Origin: Piromyces finnis finn
Lineage: Eukaryota; Fungi; Neocallimastigomycota
Length of the DNA: 64,000 nucleotides
Assembly (NCBI GenBank): GCA_002104945.1
Contig: MCFH01000047.1
Span: 62,001-126,000 of the forward strand
Reading direction: 5' to 3'
Shown piece after piece: positions 39,318-55,620 of this stretch. The notes below the pieces were generated by a model. The model saw only the letters and a list, made by a program, of their open reading frames with translations, made no database searches and was not told the origin of the DNA. Positions within the stretch are counted from its first letter, which is position 1, and every line of letters begins with the position of its first letter. The position numbers were made by a program, and so were the translations under genes.

Positions 39318-42300
39318 TTAAGATTTTGGACGGTACTTCGCTAAAGCCTTTAAGTTCATACACTTAATATCAGATGCATTAACCATTCTGACAATACCAT
39401 CATTTCCATCAATACTATGAAGATTACCGATTTGGTTTCTATTTTTACCAATAATAACCTTAACTTGTTGTTTCTTTTGATCTGGACAAACTGGTTCTAA
39501 GAATTTTGTAGGTATAGTAATATTAGAATTATTTTGATCTAATATAACTTGACAGTGATGTTTGTCAACCTTTTCAATAACACCATGTTGATTGTTGTAA
39601 ACACCAAAATTGAATTCTTCACCATTCTTCGGTACAATAACAACTTCAATTTCTTCAGTAGCCCAATCATCAGTTGCAGTTGGTACTATTAAAGCATTAT
39701 TTCATAAAAAAGAGGAAATATTAATACAATAATAATCAAATATATAAATATAAAATATATTAATATATGAGGGTGGGAAATTACTACAAAAAGTTTATAA
39801 AAATAAAAAGTTTCAACTTACAAAGATCATCAACATTTGATAAAGCATAATCACCACCTGTAGGCATGAATGGTGTAGCTGGATTGGTAAATTGTGTACC
39901 TGGAGTGTAATCAGCTGGCGTAAATGGTGTTGTAGGTCTTACACTTCCAGTATTTGGATATAATGGTCCTGGTGTTGATGGAATACCTGGAGTTTGTGGA
40001 ATGGATGGTGTAAATGGAGCAGGTGTTGCTGGGTTATATGGTGTTTCAACATCAGCCTAATATATATTAAATATTTAATAAGTTGAAGAGTTTTTAAAAA
40101 AACAGGACTAATGTATATGTAAAAAATAAAATAAAAAAAAAATTACAGGTGTAGCTACGGCACCATAAGCAGGTGTAGCAGGTATTTGAGCATAATTTGA
40201 TGTACCACTTTCCCTATTAATAATAGATACATATATTTATGTTAACAATTTTTTAATTTCCATAGAGTAATGATTAATAATTAAACAAAATCATATACTT
40301 TACCCAAACGAATTAGAGTAAGATGATTGTCCATAGCTATTTCTGGAATTAGCAGAACTATCAGCATCCCAAGCTGGTGTTTTACTTCCCATATTATAAC
40401 CTGGAGTTCTTGAACCAGCATCCCATGCAGGAGTTTTAGATCCATCAGAGTATGGATTTGGAGTTGATCCATCATATCTATAAGATGGTGTTTTAGAACC
40501 ATCATAACGGTATGATGGAGTTCTTGGAGTTTTGGCTCCAGAATACATTGGAGTACGACCACCATCTGATATTCTTCCGGAATAACCTCCATGAGAATAA
40601 TTTTGGTTGCTGTAGTTTTCACCTTGTTCATGAACTTCATCTCTTGGAGCTGTAATAACCTTTGAGTTAGTATGCAATTCAACTCTAACCATATCACCAG
40701 AGCAATCCTTAACAATACCTAGATAACCCTTAAATGGACCCTTAGTAAGTGTAACTGTTCTTCCTAATAAATTATCTCTTCCTCTTCTACCACCACGACC
40801 TCTAATATTATTTCTTCTATTGTTATTGTTATTGTTACGATTTTGGAAATTCTTTCTTGAATATGATCCAAATGGTTTAGAAAATCCATCATCATCCTTT
40901 ATCAATTTATTAAATATGTGTTCATTTTTATTTATTTGTTTGTTATTTCATTTATGTATAGCATATATTTCAAAAATAATAATAATAATAATAATAATAG
41001 TTACCTTCATATTTTTACCGTTTACTAATAAAATATTATCAGTCTTTTCATAAAATACACCTTCATTTTCTGGATACTCTCTTGAATATAAAAAGGCTAA
41101 ACCTCTATAAACATGAAGAATAACAGCTTTACGTTTTTGAGAATCGGTAGTTTGAACAGTATCTCCAGGCGATATTGTATTTCCATATGCATCAGATGCC
41201 AATCCTTTTCTGTTATGTTTTTGACCGAGATTCTTCGAAGATATAGTTTGTACTTGACCATAATTATCAAGAACTTTACACATATCACGTTCAATTTTGA
41301 TAATTACACCAACGTTATTATAACTATTTTGTTTTTTAATTTAAAAATACATTAGCAATGTATTCTTATTAATATTATTTATGTTATTATTAATAGTTTA
41401 GATCAATATTAATGAATTTAAATTAATTTACCCAATTTGAACAAGATCATGTATATCATATGGTCCAATTGTTGCAATAGTTGAAGTAATTTCTGCTGCT
41501 GCTTTTAAATCTTTTGAAAATACAACAATTTCTTTTAAGGTTAAATCAGATAATACAGTAATAATTGTTCCTACAATCTTTAAAACTAAACCAGTTTCAT
41601 CTTTATGCTTTCCATTAATGACCTTTACATGATCACCTTCCAAGAATCTTTTTCTTAATTGATTGGCAGCAAAAGTCAAAACACCCTTTTTTTATTAATA
41701 TTATTTTATTTAACATAAACTATTTCAATTGGATATATTAATTAATAAATAATATATAAATTTAATACATACAGTATCTAATTCTTCTGAATCAGCTGGG
41801 ATAATCGATACAATATCATTATCAACAGATTTTACAATACCGTGTAAATTAATTAATTCACCTTCTGTTACTTCGACATGTTCACCTACAAAGAAATCTT
41901 CAGTACTTGCAACAGCAGTACCACTAGTAATTGATAATTCTGCTAAATCTGTTTGATTTTCACCAATTGCACCCCCAGTAAATTTTGTAATTTCATCTAA
42001 TGTTGGATTAATATTATTTGTATCAAGTGAAATAATTTTCATTTCTTTTTCCAAATAACCATCTTTATTAAACATATCACTACCATAAATCCAATAACCT
42101 TTAGATTTTGATAAATTATGATCTGATTTACTAATATTAATAAATAGTTATTATTAATAATCAAAATAAATTTCATTTTAGTTATACAATAATTTTAAAT
42201 ATTTATAAACATACTCAACATCATTTGGATTAAATAATTTTTGTGGTGGTCTACCCTCTTCCTTTTTTCTTTTTTTATTATCTAGTAATCCCTTTTTCTT

Positions 42301-43872
42301 TAATTCAAGTCTAGGAATAATCTTAACTCTAACTGCATCTGTTGATTCTGTGATTTCAATAATCTTATTTAAATAAATAAAATATTCATGAAATATTAAA
42401 AATAAATAAATTTAACCGATATAATATTAATTTTATTTGGGTTTCAAATTATTAATTTAATGATATTTACTTGACATAAATCTCCTTGGTATTTTCCTCT
42501 TTTTACTCTAGCCCATGATCCCGGTTTAATTTCAGCTTCTTTACTACGAATTGTTAATACATCAGTCATTTCTTGAATTGGTACCAAAGTCATACGAGAC
42601 ATATAAACATTATTTGTTTGTTCAATAGCCTTTTGAACAAAAGCTTTACTTTCTGATTCAATATATAAATACCCTTTTAAATTATCTCTTGTAAAAATTG
42701 ATAAAATCTGAACTGGATGCTCTGAATATTCCATATCGAAATATTTTCTCATCATATTAAATACAATATCTCTTTCTTTTCCAGGCTATGATTATTTTAA
42801 TTAAATAAATATTTATTTATCGCATATTGTCAAAAATTATATATATTTAATATTACTATATTTTAATATATAAATAAAGTGTTTTGTTTGAATTAATATA
42901 TATATGTACTTTGCATCTAATACACCATAATTTTGGATCTTTAACATCTGGCATTAACAAATTTTGTGGTACATGATCGACATTTCCACGAAAACCATGA
43001 CTTTGACTTGCATAACGTTGTTTAAATTGTTCTGCTAATTCTTCTGCATCCATTTCATCTTGATATTGTCTTGAACGATCAAGTTGACGATGACTACGTT
43101 CATCTAAATAACTTTTTTCAATAGAAGCAGCAGCTTCTGCTTCCTCTGATTAACAAATTAGAGTTTTAAATATATATATAATTAAACATTTAAAGAATAT
43201 TATTTTTTAATTTTACAAAAAAAATATTTATTTTTCAATTATGTAATAATTTAATATTAATAAACTCAGTTAATATTATTTATTTATTTATATTAGTCTT
43301 ATATTTCTTATATTTACCACTACGGTCATAATCTTCTTCTTCTTCTTCTTCTTCCTCATCATCTACTGCAGCTTCAGTATCAATGAACATATTACGTGCA
43401 GATCTACTCTTTTTTGCAGGATGCTAATAATGTATAATTATTTTCGAATATATATATAAATTTTGTTTACAAAATTAATTATTTTTTAAATCTTCAAATA
43501 AAAATACTAATAATAATAACATTGTTCTTTTACACAAAGAATTTATAAATAATAAATTAAAATGATATTTTTTTTTTTTTTCAAAAAAAATAATTTCGTA
43601 AATATATATATTAAATTCTATTAAATAATTGATTCAGGTTTAAGAAATTATTTTTTAATTTAATTTCCTGATGTATTTTATGTTGCTTTTTTTTATTTAT
43701 TTTAAAAAAAAAAAAATGAATTTTAATTTAAAGATATAAAATATATTGTACATAATCATACTTCATATTCTTCATCATAATCATCATCCTCATCATAGTC
43801 ATCTTCTTGTTTCAATTTAGAATTATGTTCTATCTCTTCATCAGAATAATTTTCCCGTTCACTATCAGACAT
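39318..43872 (-). CDS. SPT5: Transcription elongation factor Spt5 (NGN, KOW, CTR repeats), about 12 exons
   Basis: Acidic N-terminus, PDVKDPKLWCIRCK, LKGYLYIES, KPGSWARVKRGKYQGDL, LRKRFLEGDHVKVINGKH, LGRTVTLTKGPFKGYLGIVKD and GSKTPAW repeats. Confidence 0.95.
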
Positions 43873-44420
43873 TTTCTATATTTAAAATTTTATTCCTCCA
43901 AAAAATAATAAAAAAAAAAAAACTAATAAAAGATAAATAAAAAAAAGTGAAAATTTAAATGCTTAAATAAATATTAATAAAGGTTATTATATTTCAAAAT
44001 TTAAATTTCAAAAAATTCTATTTTAATTATCTACATAAAATAGAAAACTTTGAAAATATAGTATAATTTCTATATCAATTTTTGATATAGATTTAATAAT
44101 AATTTAATTAATATTTTAAAGGTTATTTTTTTTTTTTTTTGAAATATAAACAATAATACAATAGATATAATATTTATAAAAATAAAATAATATATATAAA
44201 TGTATTATCAAATTTGTATTTTATATATTATCATTAAATATTATTTTAAATTTTACAATTTATAGAAAATATATATATTTAAGTTTCCAATACATTTCTT
44301 ATAATTATTTTATGTAAAATTCATTTTTTCATATTTTTATTAATAGAATTAAAATTTACATTTATATACAGAATATTTAGTAAAAATCTTCAATACTTTA
44401 TTTATACCACCACAAATAAC

Positions 44421-44850
<430 letters not shown>

Positions 44851-44956
44851 GTTTTTTAATTATATAATTATCATTAATAATTAAAAATGTAATAAAAATA
44901 TTTTATTTTGTAATGAATATGTGTTAATAGTATTATATATACCCTAATGTATATAT

Positions 44957-47140
44957 TTATTTACTAAATGTATCTTCTTTAAAAGTCTTATTTTCTATTC
45001 TTTTGCAATATATTTCGGGAAGGCCGATATCTCTTAATTCCTATATTAATGCAAATAATAATAATGATTATGTTAATAATAAATAATGAAATAAATTAAA
45101 ATATTAAATAGTATATGATACTAACTTGAATCTTTCTTAATTTAATCTCACGAATTCTATTTTTTCTTAAATTAAATTCATTTAATTGTTTAATTCCTTC
45201 TTTGAAATATTCTTGTCTTTCTTGATATTTACTATCATTTTTTTCTTTTATTTGTTTCTATTTTTAATTCATCATTAATTATATTTAATATCGATAATAC
45301 AAACAATTTTTTATTTATATTATTTTTGTATATATATATTACTCTTAATTCATCAACATATTGTTGATTTTGTTGTTGCTTCAACCTTTCCTTTTCTTTT
45401 TCCTTTTCAAATATTTTTTTTTCTCTCTCGATATTTTGTAAATATTCATCTTTAATTCTTTTTGCCTAAAATTTTTATATAATATATTGGTATTAGATAA
45501 AAAGTAATTATGTATATTATAAATAATAATACAAATACCTCTATTGCTATTTGTAATTCTTTTTCTTTTTGTTGTTTAAGTCTTTCTTTTTTCATTTCAT
45601 CATTTTGTTTTGCTTTGTTAATTGCTTCTTCCATTTCTTTTTTTCTATATTCTCTTTCATATTCCTCCAATGCTCTATGTTCTTTCATAATCTCATCTTT
45701 TCTTGCCCTATCTTGTTCCTATCGAATATAAATGGTTATTGTAACTACTGTAACTATAATATAATTTTTAAATTTACTTAATTAAAATAACTAACCTTAA
45801 TAAAAGAATTTTGTAATCTGAAAAATTCTCTTTCCTTATTTAATTTTGCAATTCTTTCTTTTTCAGCTTTTTCTTTTTCAATTTTTTCTTTCTCAATTGA
45901 ATATCTCAACATTTTAATTTCTTCTTCTTTTTCTCTTTCCTTTTCCATCTTTTTCTTTTCAATCAACAACTCATTTTCACGCTTTAACTATAGTATTATT
46001 AACATATATATCATATAAATTCGGTAAATTTATATATTTTATTTAGTAATGATATATTGATGTTGATAGTTTACCTCATTAATCATTTCTTTTTTCTTTT
46101 GATTTAATTTAAGTTGTTCTTTTCTTTCATTTTCTTTATTGTCTTCAAATTGTTTTAAATATAACATATTTTCTTTTTCTTGTTTTTCTTTACGATCTAA
46201 CTTATCTTCATATCTTTTCATTATTTGAGCTTTAATTTCCTCAGCTCCTTCCTTAATTTCTGTTAATGTTTAAAATAAGATTGAATAAAAAATTTATATA
46301 TACTTTTAAAATTTTATTTTTTAATACTTTTTAACTTTGCTATCCTTTCGATTTCATCCTCTTTTATTTTATTTAATCTATTTTGTTCCATAATAACATC
46401 CATTCTCATTTCTTCTTCATTTCTTTTTTTTTTAATATAATTCTTTATTAATAATTTCAATATATATACAAATAATCAATATTATTTACCTTTATATAAA
46501 TAAACAATTTTTAATTATAGATATATCTTACTTTTTCTTCTATCTGAAGGTCACGAATAACACCACACTTTACGTATAAAATTAATTCATTAAGTTTTTT
46601 AATTTCATCTTCTTCATTATCATTAACATTTTTTAATTTTTCTAATAAATAATCATTATTTTTTTTTGTTTCAATTTCAATTTGAAGAGGCTTCCTATCT
46701 TGTCTTTTTAAGTCATACTCCTCCATTTTTTTCTTTATTATTAATATTTTTTATATTCATATTAATGTATTAAAATTTACACATTTATTTGATTAATAAT
46801 ATTATTAACCTTTCTTGCTTCTATTTCTTCTTTTTTCTTTAATTTTAATGCTTCGGCTAATTTTTTATCATCTAAACTCTTTTTATTCTCTTTTGATTCG
46901 GATTCTTTCTATAGTTGTTATATATTAAAATTTTATTAATCTAATTATTCGATTCCAATTTATCCTTTATTACAATAATTTTACCAATATTTTTTGGAAC
47001 TCTTGATAGTTTAATATTGTATTTTTATAATTCATAACATTGTTACTATTATCATCTTGACTAACATTTGTTCTATTGTTATTATGTGGGTTTAAAAATC
47101 GTATATTATCTCTTGAAATAATTTGATATTTCTTATTCAT
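44957..47140 (-). CDS. CFAP45: Cilia- and flagella-associated protein 45 (trichoplein/TPH-domain coiled coil), about 10 exons
   Basis: LNELILYVKCGVIRDLQIEEK and C-terminal ELRDIGLPEIYC resemble recalled CFAP45 motifs. E/K/R-rich coiled-coil exons are joined by GT-AG introns. Confidence 0.8.
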
Positions 47141-48902
47141 AATAAAAGTGTTATTGATATTAGTTTTAAAATTTTATAATACAATAATTTTTATTAATAT
47201 TTACCCCTTTTATAATGCTAGGCGTTATCTAATAAGATTGTTTTGTTATACATATATATATATTTATAAATTAATAGGTATATATAATATAAATACTCAT
47301 TATAAATATTCAATATTTATATGTTTACATACTTTATTAAACATTTTTAATAATTATATTATTTCTTTTAAAATATATATGTATATTATTATTAAGTATA
47401 TCAAAAAAAAAAAAAATAATAATAATAGTTGAATATAAAATTTAAAAAATATTTTTTTTTATTATCATTGGTTAATATTACATATTTTTACATATATTCA
47501 TATTTTTATATTATTAATATAAAAATAATATTCATAATATATAAAGGTTCTTTTATATTATTCGGAAATAAAGATCTATAATAAGTCATAATAAGTAAAT
47601 TACTAAATAAAATTATTCTATATCATCTATAAATAAATATGGTTTTTAAAAAAAAAATATATATATATATTATATTTATTATATTTTTTGTGCAACTAAT
47701 AAATTTTGGTTAGATCAAACTTTAAATTTTAAATTGATTTTTCCTAATAACATTTTTTAGATCTCTATTTATTATTTATTATATAGCAATCAAATTATAA
47801 TATTTAAAAAAAAAATAAAATTTTAACTTTAAAGAATCTTAATTTAAAAGCATTATTATAATAGAATAAAAATACATATTACATTTAATATCGAATGCAA
47901 AAAAATGAAACCTTAAATTATTGTATTATTTAATCATAAACAGAAATATTATAAATATTACTCTTTTAATATTAATGTTTGTGAATAAAAACTGAAATAT
48001 TTTTTAATTAGAATTCAGGTGTTGTATATCTATAATTTGTATATTTTGTTATTTGTTAAATAAAATTTTGAATTCATTATCAGTTACACAAAATAATAAT
48101 CTCAAAAAAAAAAAAACATAAATCATTAATAAGTGTTCAATAAAAGTAAAATATTGCAAGTGACCTAGCAAGTTCACTATAATAATCCATAAAATGTATA
48201 TAATTTTTATTAAAATTTCAATTTATTATGGTATTATGGTTTTATATTTAAATGTTAAATATTAAATTGATATTTATGCATTTCTTTATTTAAATATTAA
48301 TAATTGATTTAAAAACCATTAATAGCACCAAAATTATCATATATTTATAATCAAAATAACTACTTTTACTATAAACTTTTCATAAGACATATATTATAAT
48401 AATATAATAATATAATATAATAATATTATTAACATCTTCAAAGAACTTTTACATTATTATTATGTCAAGAATATAAATTATTTTTTTATATAAATTGTAA
48501 CTTTATAATTAAAATAAAATTTATACTAAATAGAACTATAAGAATTAATTTTCTACATAGAAAGAAAAAAATTAATGTCTATATAATATTTTAATAGTTT
48601 AAAATGGACATCTTAAAAATAGACATATTTCATAAAATTACATTTATGATATTTATAATGCAAATATACATCACTTTAAATATTAATAAAAAAAAAAAAG
48701 ATTCTTTTTTCTTAAAATAATAGCATTAAAATTAGTATATTCCCATTTTAATATAATTAATTTATCCTATATACATTTGTAAATTAATATTATTGGTTAC
48801 ATTCTACAAAAAAAAAAAAAAAAAAATAAAAACTTAAATAATCAAAAAAAAAATTTTTTTCGCACAGTTTTTATTATAAATTATAATAATAAATAATAAA
48901 AA

Positions 48903-49159
48903 ATGAATCCACAAGAAAAATTCGATCTTATTAGCAGAAACCTCCAAGAAGTTTTAGGTGGTGAAGAAATCAAAAAGATTCTTAATGAAAGAGATTTAAA
49001 CCTTTACTGGGGTACTGCTCCAACTGGTAGACCACATGTTGGTTACCTTGTTCCAATGTCAAAAATTGCTGATTTCTTAGCTGCTGGTTGTAACGTAAAT
49101 ATATATTTCAATCAAATTTAATAATATTAATATTATTATATAAATATTCTTAAAAAATA

Positions 49160-49193
<34 letters not shown>

Positions 49194-50461
49194 GAAAAGA
49201 AAAAAAGAATATAATAGGTATAATAGGAGTAATAGAATGAAGAATTCACATTTTAATTAGAATATTATTGAAAAAGTAATTAAAAGTATGAAATATAAAA
49301 ATATTTATATTTTTTCAAAAAAAAAAAAAAATGCAAAGAAAATAAATTATCAAAATCAATTAAGAATTTAAACAAAAGAAAAAGAAAAAGAAAGAATACG
49401 ATAAAATCATAATAAATTTCATGTTTCAAAATTAAATAAATCATTTTAGCCTTCAAAAAATTTGTTTATACTTAATTAATCTTAACCTATATTTTGAAAT
49501 TATATAAAAGGTTACCATTTTATTCGCCAATCTTCATGCTTACCTTGATAATATGAAAGCTCCATGGGAATTATTAAAATACAGAACTGAATACTATCAA
49601 GTTGTTATTAAGGCTACTCTTAAGAGTATTGGTGTCCCAATTGATAAATTAAAGTTTGTTAATGGTACTGACTACCAACTTTCTGAAAAGTACACCCTTG
49701 ATGTTTACAAGTTATCAGCTATGGTTACTGCTCACGACGCCAAAAAGGCTGGTGCTGAAGTTGTTAAGCAATCTGACACTCCACCATTAAGTGGTCTTCT
49801 TTACCCAGGTCTTCAAGCTTTAGATGAAGAATACCTCAATTGTGATGTTCAATTCGGTGGTGTTGATCAACGTAAGATTTTCGTTTTTGCTGAAGAATAC
49901 TTACCAAAGCTTGGATACAAGAAGCGTGCTCACTTAATGAACAAGATGGTTGGTGGTTTAACTGGTGGTAAAATGAGTGCCTCTGATCCAAACTCCAAAA
50001 TTGATTTATTAGATAATGCTAAGCAAGTTGAAAAGAAGTTAAAGAAGGCTTTCTGTGAAGAAGGTAACATTGAAGAAAACCCAATTCTTGCTTTCATTAA
50101 GAACGTTCTTATTCCAATTAACTGTCTTTCCACTGGTAAGGAATCATTTGAAATTACTCGTCCAGAAAAATTCGGTGGTAACACTTTATACGAAACTTAT
50201 GAAGACTTAGAAAAGGCTTTCGTTGCTAAGGAAATTCACCCAGGAGATTTAAAGATGTCTGCTGCTAATGCTCTTAACGCTCTCTTAGAACCAATCCGTA
50301 AGGAATTCGAAGATCCAGAAAAGTTAGAATTACTTAAGAACGCTTACCCAGAACCAAAGCCAGAACCAAAAAAGAACAACAAGAAGGACAAGAAGAACAA
50401 GAATAAGAAGCAAGGTGAAAAGAAGCCAGAAGAAGCTAAACCAGAAGAAAAGAAGGAATAA
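48903..50461 (+). CDS. TYS1: Cytosolic tyrosyl-tRNA synthetase, 2 exons
   Basis: [14 protein letters not shown] (HIGH-like), [25 protein letters not shown] and KMSAS. One GT-AG intron at about 49095-49510. Confidence 0.96.
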
Positions 50462-50702
50462 ATTGAATAAGAAATTAATATAAAATTTAAAAATTAGAAA
50501 ATAATATATTAATTCACATTTCTTAAATTACAAAAAAAAAATATAATAAAGGAATAAAATAATTAGAAAAAGAAAAAAAATAGAAATTTTAAAAAAAAAA
50601 TAAAATAAAAATAACAATAATTTTCGAAAGCTCTATTAAAATAAAATAAAAAAATAACAAATAATAATATAAACTTTATAGGCTTATCATCTCTTGGATT
50701 TA

Positions 50703-50734
<32 letters not shown>

Positions 50735-51266
50735 TACAATATGGACTTTTCTCAACTGTGTTATGAAAAAAATGTTTTTAATTACTACCACTCATTATAT
50801 ATACTAAAATCTCGCATTATTTTTTTTTTAAATTTAATTTTTTTTTTTTTTATTTTTTTATTAAATATTTAAAATTAACTAAATAAGATTAAAAAAAAAA
50901 AATTTTTTTCTTTAGTTACTTTTTTTTTTATGCTTTAGTTTTAATTATTATTTTATATATGTGTTATAATATTTTTGCTTTTTTTCTTTTTTTTTTTATT
51001 TTTGTTTTTTTTTTTTTTTTTTTTAATATTTTATATTTTATTATTTACTTTATTTAACAATTGATATTAAAATCTTTTTTTTTTTTTTATTATCATTATT
51101 ATTATTTATTTATATATATTTATTATTAGTAGTATTTAATATTTAAATTTGCTGTAAATAATTAAATATTATTACATTAGTTTAATATAAAAAGAATTGT
51201 GAAATTATGTTTGTATTAATGTTTTTAATATAGAATAAAATTTTGTATAATCATAGTAATTTAAAT

Positions 51267-54200
51267 TTAATCTTCTTCATAAACAAATGGTTCTGGTGGT
51301 TCAGGTTCTTCATCTTGTGGATCTACAGTTGTTATTTGTTCTTTTACAATAAATATATATACAATTTCAATTAATCACTCGTACATTTGTAATAAGGAAA
51401 AAAATATATATATACATATATATCTATCGTATTAAATTTTTAAAATATCTTACTTGGTGTGCTGAATTCTAATAATTCTTCTTGTTCACCCTTTCTTCTA
51501 TCTTCCATAATTGTTATACCACCAACAATATCCTTCTTTACTGGTACATAACGGGAATCTTCCTTAAATGTAATGTATTTTAATTGGGCTGGTAATACAC
51601 GAGTTAAATTACCAAGTTTTTCAAAGGTTTGCTTCTTTTTCTTTTCTTGCTTTTCAACCTATATTTCATGGGATAAAAGTTAATAAAACATATTTTAATA
51701 TTTCTTTCTTAAAATATTTATATTTATTACTTCTTCATCCTTCTTTTCTGCTGAGTCAACTTCCATTTGAGTTTCTTCCTTCTTTTCATCCTAATATTAT
51801 TATAAATAAAATAAAAATAATTAATATCGATAAATGTTATATATATGACTAAAACAATAATTACAGTATCCATTGAATCTGGTTCATTTCCATTCTTTTC
51901 CTTTTCATTCTTCTTAGCACGAGCCTTGGTTTTAGCAGTTGTAGATAAAACAGCAGTTGCAACCTTTTCAACAACAGCCTTTTCTTGCTTCTTCATTGGG
52001 GATGGGTATGCAAATAAAGATGGTTTTGCATTTGAAATGAATTCAAGTTTTGGCATCTTTGAATTATAATATAAAAATAGTTGTTATTTTTAAAATTATT
52101 AATAATCCCTATTACTGAAATAGGTGATAATTTATATATTACTTACTTCAAGATTTGAGTTAAGACCAATAAAAGCAGTTGGAGTAAAAGCTAAGGATAA
52201 GAAGTGGGTAAGTGGATACCAATACCAGAATTGGGTAAATATAGTCATACCAACAATAGAGGCCATGTTATTGTATCCAGATCTAGATTGTAAAGATATA
52301 GTAACATTACGACCACCAGCATCTAATATACCTTGACTTAAAATGGCACCAAACTTAGCCATAGCTTCTTCATGCTTATCCTTAATAATAGTTTCGTATA
52401 ATTTACGAATTGAAGCAACCTTTGGGGCCATAGTTTCATTACTTTGGATTAAGACCATAGCTGAAGCAATTAAAGCACCTTGCTTAACAAAATCAACTTG
52501 ATCCTTAGTTAATGGTTCTAAAAGTTCCATAGCTTCTGGCATAGCAGTACCAGCACAAGAAATACCTAAAGCAAGAGTACAACCATAACGAACATGTGGA
52601 TTGTAACTTTCTGATAATAATTGAACAATACGTGGAACTTGTTTTGGAGTCTTGAATAATATGAAACCAAGAGCAATAACAGCAGCACTTCTAACATCAT
52701 CATTTACATCACTAACAGCAACATGTAAGCACTTTTTAATAGCCTTATTGTTACCAGTACCACAGTATGCTAAAGCAATCATATATATACCACCATATCT
52801 AATAATGTGATCCTTATCTTGTAAAAGTTGTTCAATTAAAGAATCAGCAGTATCTTCCTTTCCGTACATAATTAAAGCCATACCAATTGCTAATCCACGA
52901 ATAATCTTTTCATGTTGAGTTTCATGAGCATATTGTAACATTTCATCAATAGCCTTTTCAGAAGAAGTACCAAGCATAACTAAACCCATAGCTAAACCAG
53001 CAGCTTCACCAGCAACAGCACTATCAGTGAATAAGACATTCTTTAATTCTTCATACATTTCATCACTAGCAGTAGCCATTCCAGCTGCACCTAAACCTAA
53101 TGCAGCACCATGTTGAATAATTTCATTTTGAGTTTTACCTAAAGCATTTCTTAAGTAATCTAAAACTTCACCACCATGATTAACATTAATTAAACCTAAG
53201 GCGAAAAGAGAACCACCTTCAGAATATGGACTACTACTAACACCATCTTGAGGTAAGTATGGAGCAAGTAACTTTAAACCTTGATCAACGTGACCCTATT
53301 TATAAATATAAATGCAATATGATTATAAATTAATAAATATATATATATATTAAAAATAGTACTCTTTTAAAAATATTATATTTTGATATTAGTATAATTA
53401 TTATTTTAACTATTGCGAACCTTGTGGATAACACCTAAAGCAGCAGTAGCACTAAACTTAGACCAGTTGGAAGCTCTAGATAACCATTCTAAGTTATTGC
53501 GAAGGAATTCATCACTAGTGGTACCAGAGTTCATAAAGGCATTAGCAAATGTAATAGCTGAGTGATACATTGAATTTCTTGAATCAACAGCATCCTAAAA
53601 TGAAAATTATTTAATAAGCATAAAAATAAATACATTTGTAATTCAAAATAACATCTTTTTATAGAAAAAGAAATACCTTTGTAGCATTTAAGATTTGTAA
53701 ATCAGTGTGAATATTTCTGAATAAAAATTCTAAATTCAATTTAATAGATAAATCACCATCTAAAATTTTTCTAATATTTGAAATAGCATCAGTAGATGGC
53801 TAATAAATTAATAATAATAATTAAAAGGGAAATAATCATTAATATTTAATCTATTTTTGTATATTTTAATATAATTATTAGTTGTCTAATTTACAGTTTT
53901 TTCATCAGTTTCCATGTCAGCTTCATTCTTACCAGCTGGTTCTGGTAAATAATCAATAACTTGAGATAAGAAATCTTGTGTAGCATTTTCTTCAAGATCA
54001 AATGCAATTTGATAAGCCATCAATAACTATTTTATTAAAATCAATATAAAATATTTAGAAAAATGGTTTATCACATAAATTATAATTACACGTATTAAAA
54101 AATAAATTTATAATTTTTAAGGAAAATAAAATTATTATTAATAATATACTATATATTAAATAGAATTATTTATTTACTTCTTTGCTTTCAACTAAGTCCT

Positions 54201-55577
54201 TTAATGTTTCAGCGCAGGAAATTGAATCCTTTAAATGTAAATAGCATTGAGTCATGGATATATAGTCTGGTTCATCCAAATTTTTATATAAACCAACAAG
54301 TAATTTTAATACCTAATAATAAATAATTTTAACATTAAAAGATTGAAGCTTAATTTCATATTCTTTGATTAATCACTAATTAATATTTGTATAAAAATTC
54401 AATTTACTTCATTTCTAGCATTAAGATTTTGAACTAATGTCATAGAAGCATTTAAAACATATGATAAAAGTTCCTTTGAATCACCAGCCTTAATAGCCTT
54501 TTCAATAATATCTAATCTTAATGATTCTAAGGCAATACCAATAACCTTTATTCAATAATAATAAATTATATATGTTATATTTTATTATGAATTATTTTAT
54601 AGTTTAAATTGAAATTTTACAAGAAAAAAAAATATTTATATACTGAAATTTGATTTTAAATTTACTTGTTTATATTCCTTGTCTTCAAAACATCTTTCAA
54701 AAACTTTTTCAATTACTTGTTCAAGTTCTGGTGAAATTTCATCAACTTGATTATCTGATCTTAAGTAAATATAATGATCAATGCACTTGGCTTTTTATAC
54801 ACATAATATAATTATAATTGTAAAATAATAAATCTCTAATTAATTAAAAATATCTTTAAAAAAGGTTTTTGAAATTTTAAAAACTTACCAACAATTGTTT
54901 CAACATATTCATTACTAATTGAAGAATCAAATAGATCACCTGCACCAAGAGCAAATGACATTGATTCATCAAATTCACCAAGATGGTAATATACCTTTTA
55001 TTTAATAATAAATTTAATTAATTAATAATTTGTACCTTTTATTCTCTGACTCTAAAATTTATATATTTATATTTTTGTTTATGATATATTCATAATATTC
55101 ATACTTTTGAAGCTACTAAAGCAGCTAAATTACGATGTTTGAATTGTTCATCTTCATAAAGAACTTCACTATGTTTTTTTAATTAAAAAGTCCAAATATT
55201 TAATGTTATTGAAAATAAGCAAAATATAAAAATCATTAATTTATATTTCTTTGTTTAATATATATAACTACTATAAAGAATACATAATAAAATTTACATC
55301 TTTGAGACAGAATCTGATATTTCAGCCCAGAATTGATCTACTATAGTATTAAGCTTTTTTAAAGCGTAAATTTGAAGCTCTTCAGATTCATCAAGTAATG
55401 ATATTACACCAGCTTTTTTTTATTATTGATAAATAATAATGAATATTTTATATAAAGCATTTTGTTTAATTTTCTGTTTCCAAATCCTTTTTTGCCTTTT
55501 TATAATAAATAATTATACATGACTATAATATATTATATTAATATATTTATTTTACCTGCAGATGTTAAAGCAACCAT
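51267..55577 (-). CDS. RPN2: 26S proteasome regulatory subunit Rpn2 (PSMD1), about 15 exons
   Basis: [44 protein letters not shown] repeats ([27 protein letters not shown]) and [18 protein letters not shown]. Confidence 0.96.
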
Positions 55578-55620
55578 ATTAAAAATATTTCAATAAATAA
55601 AACCTAATAATACTATTATT

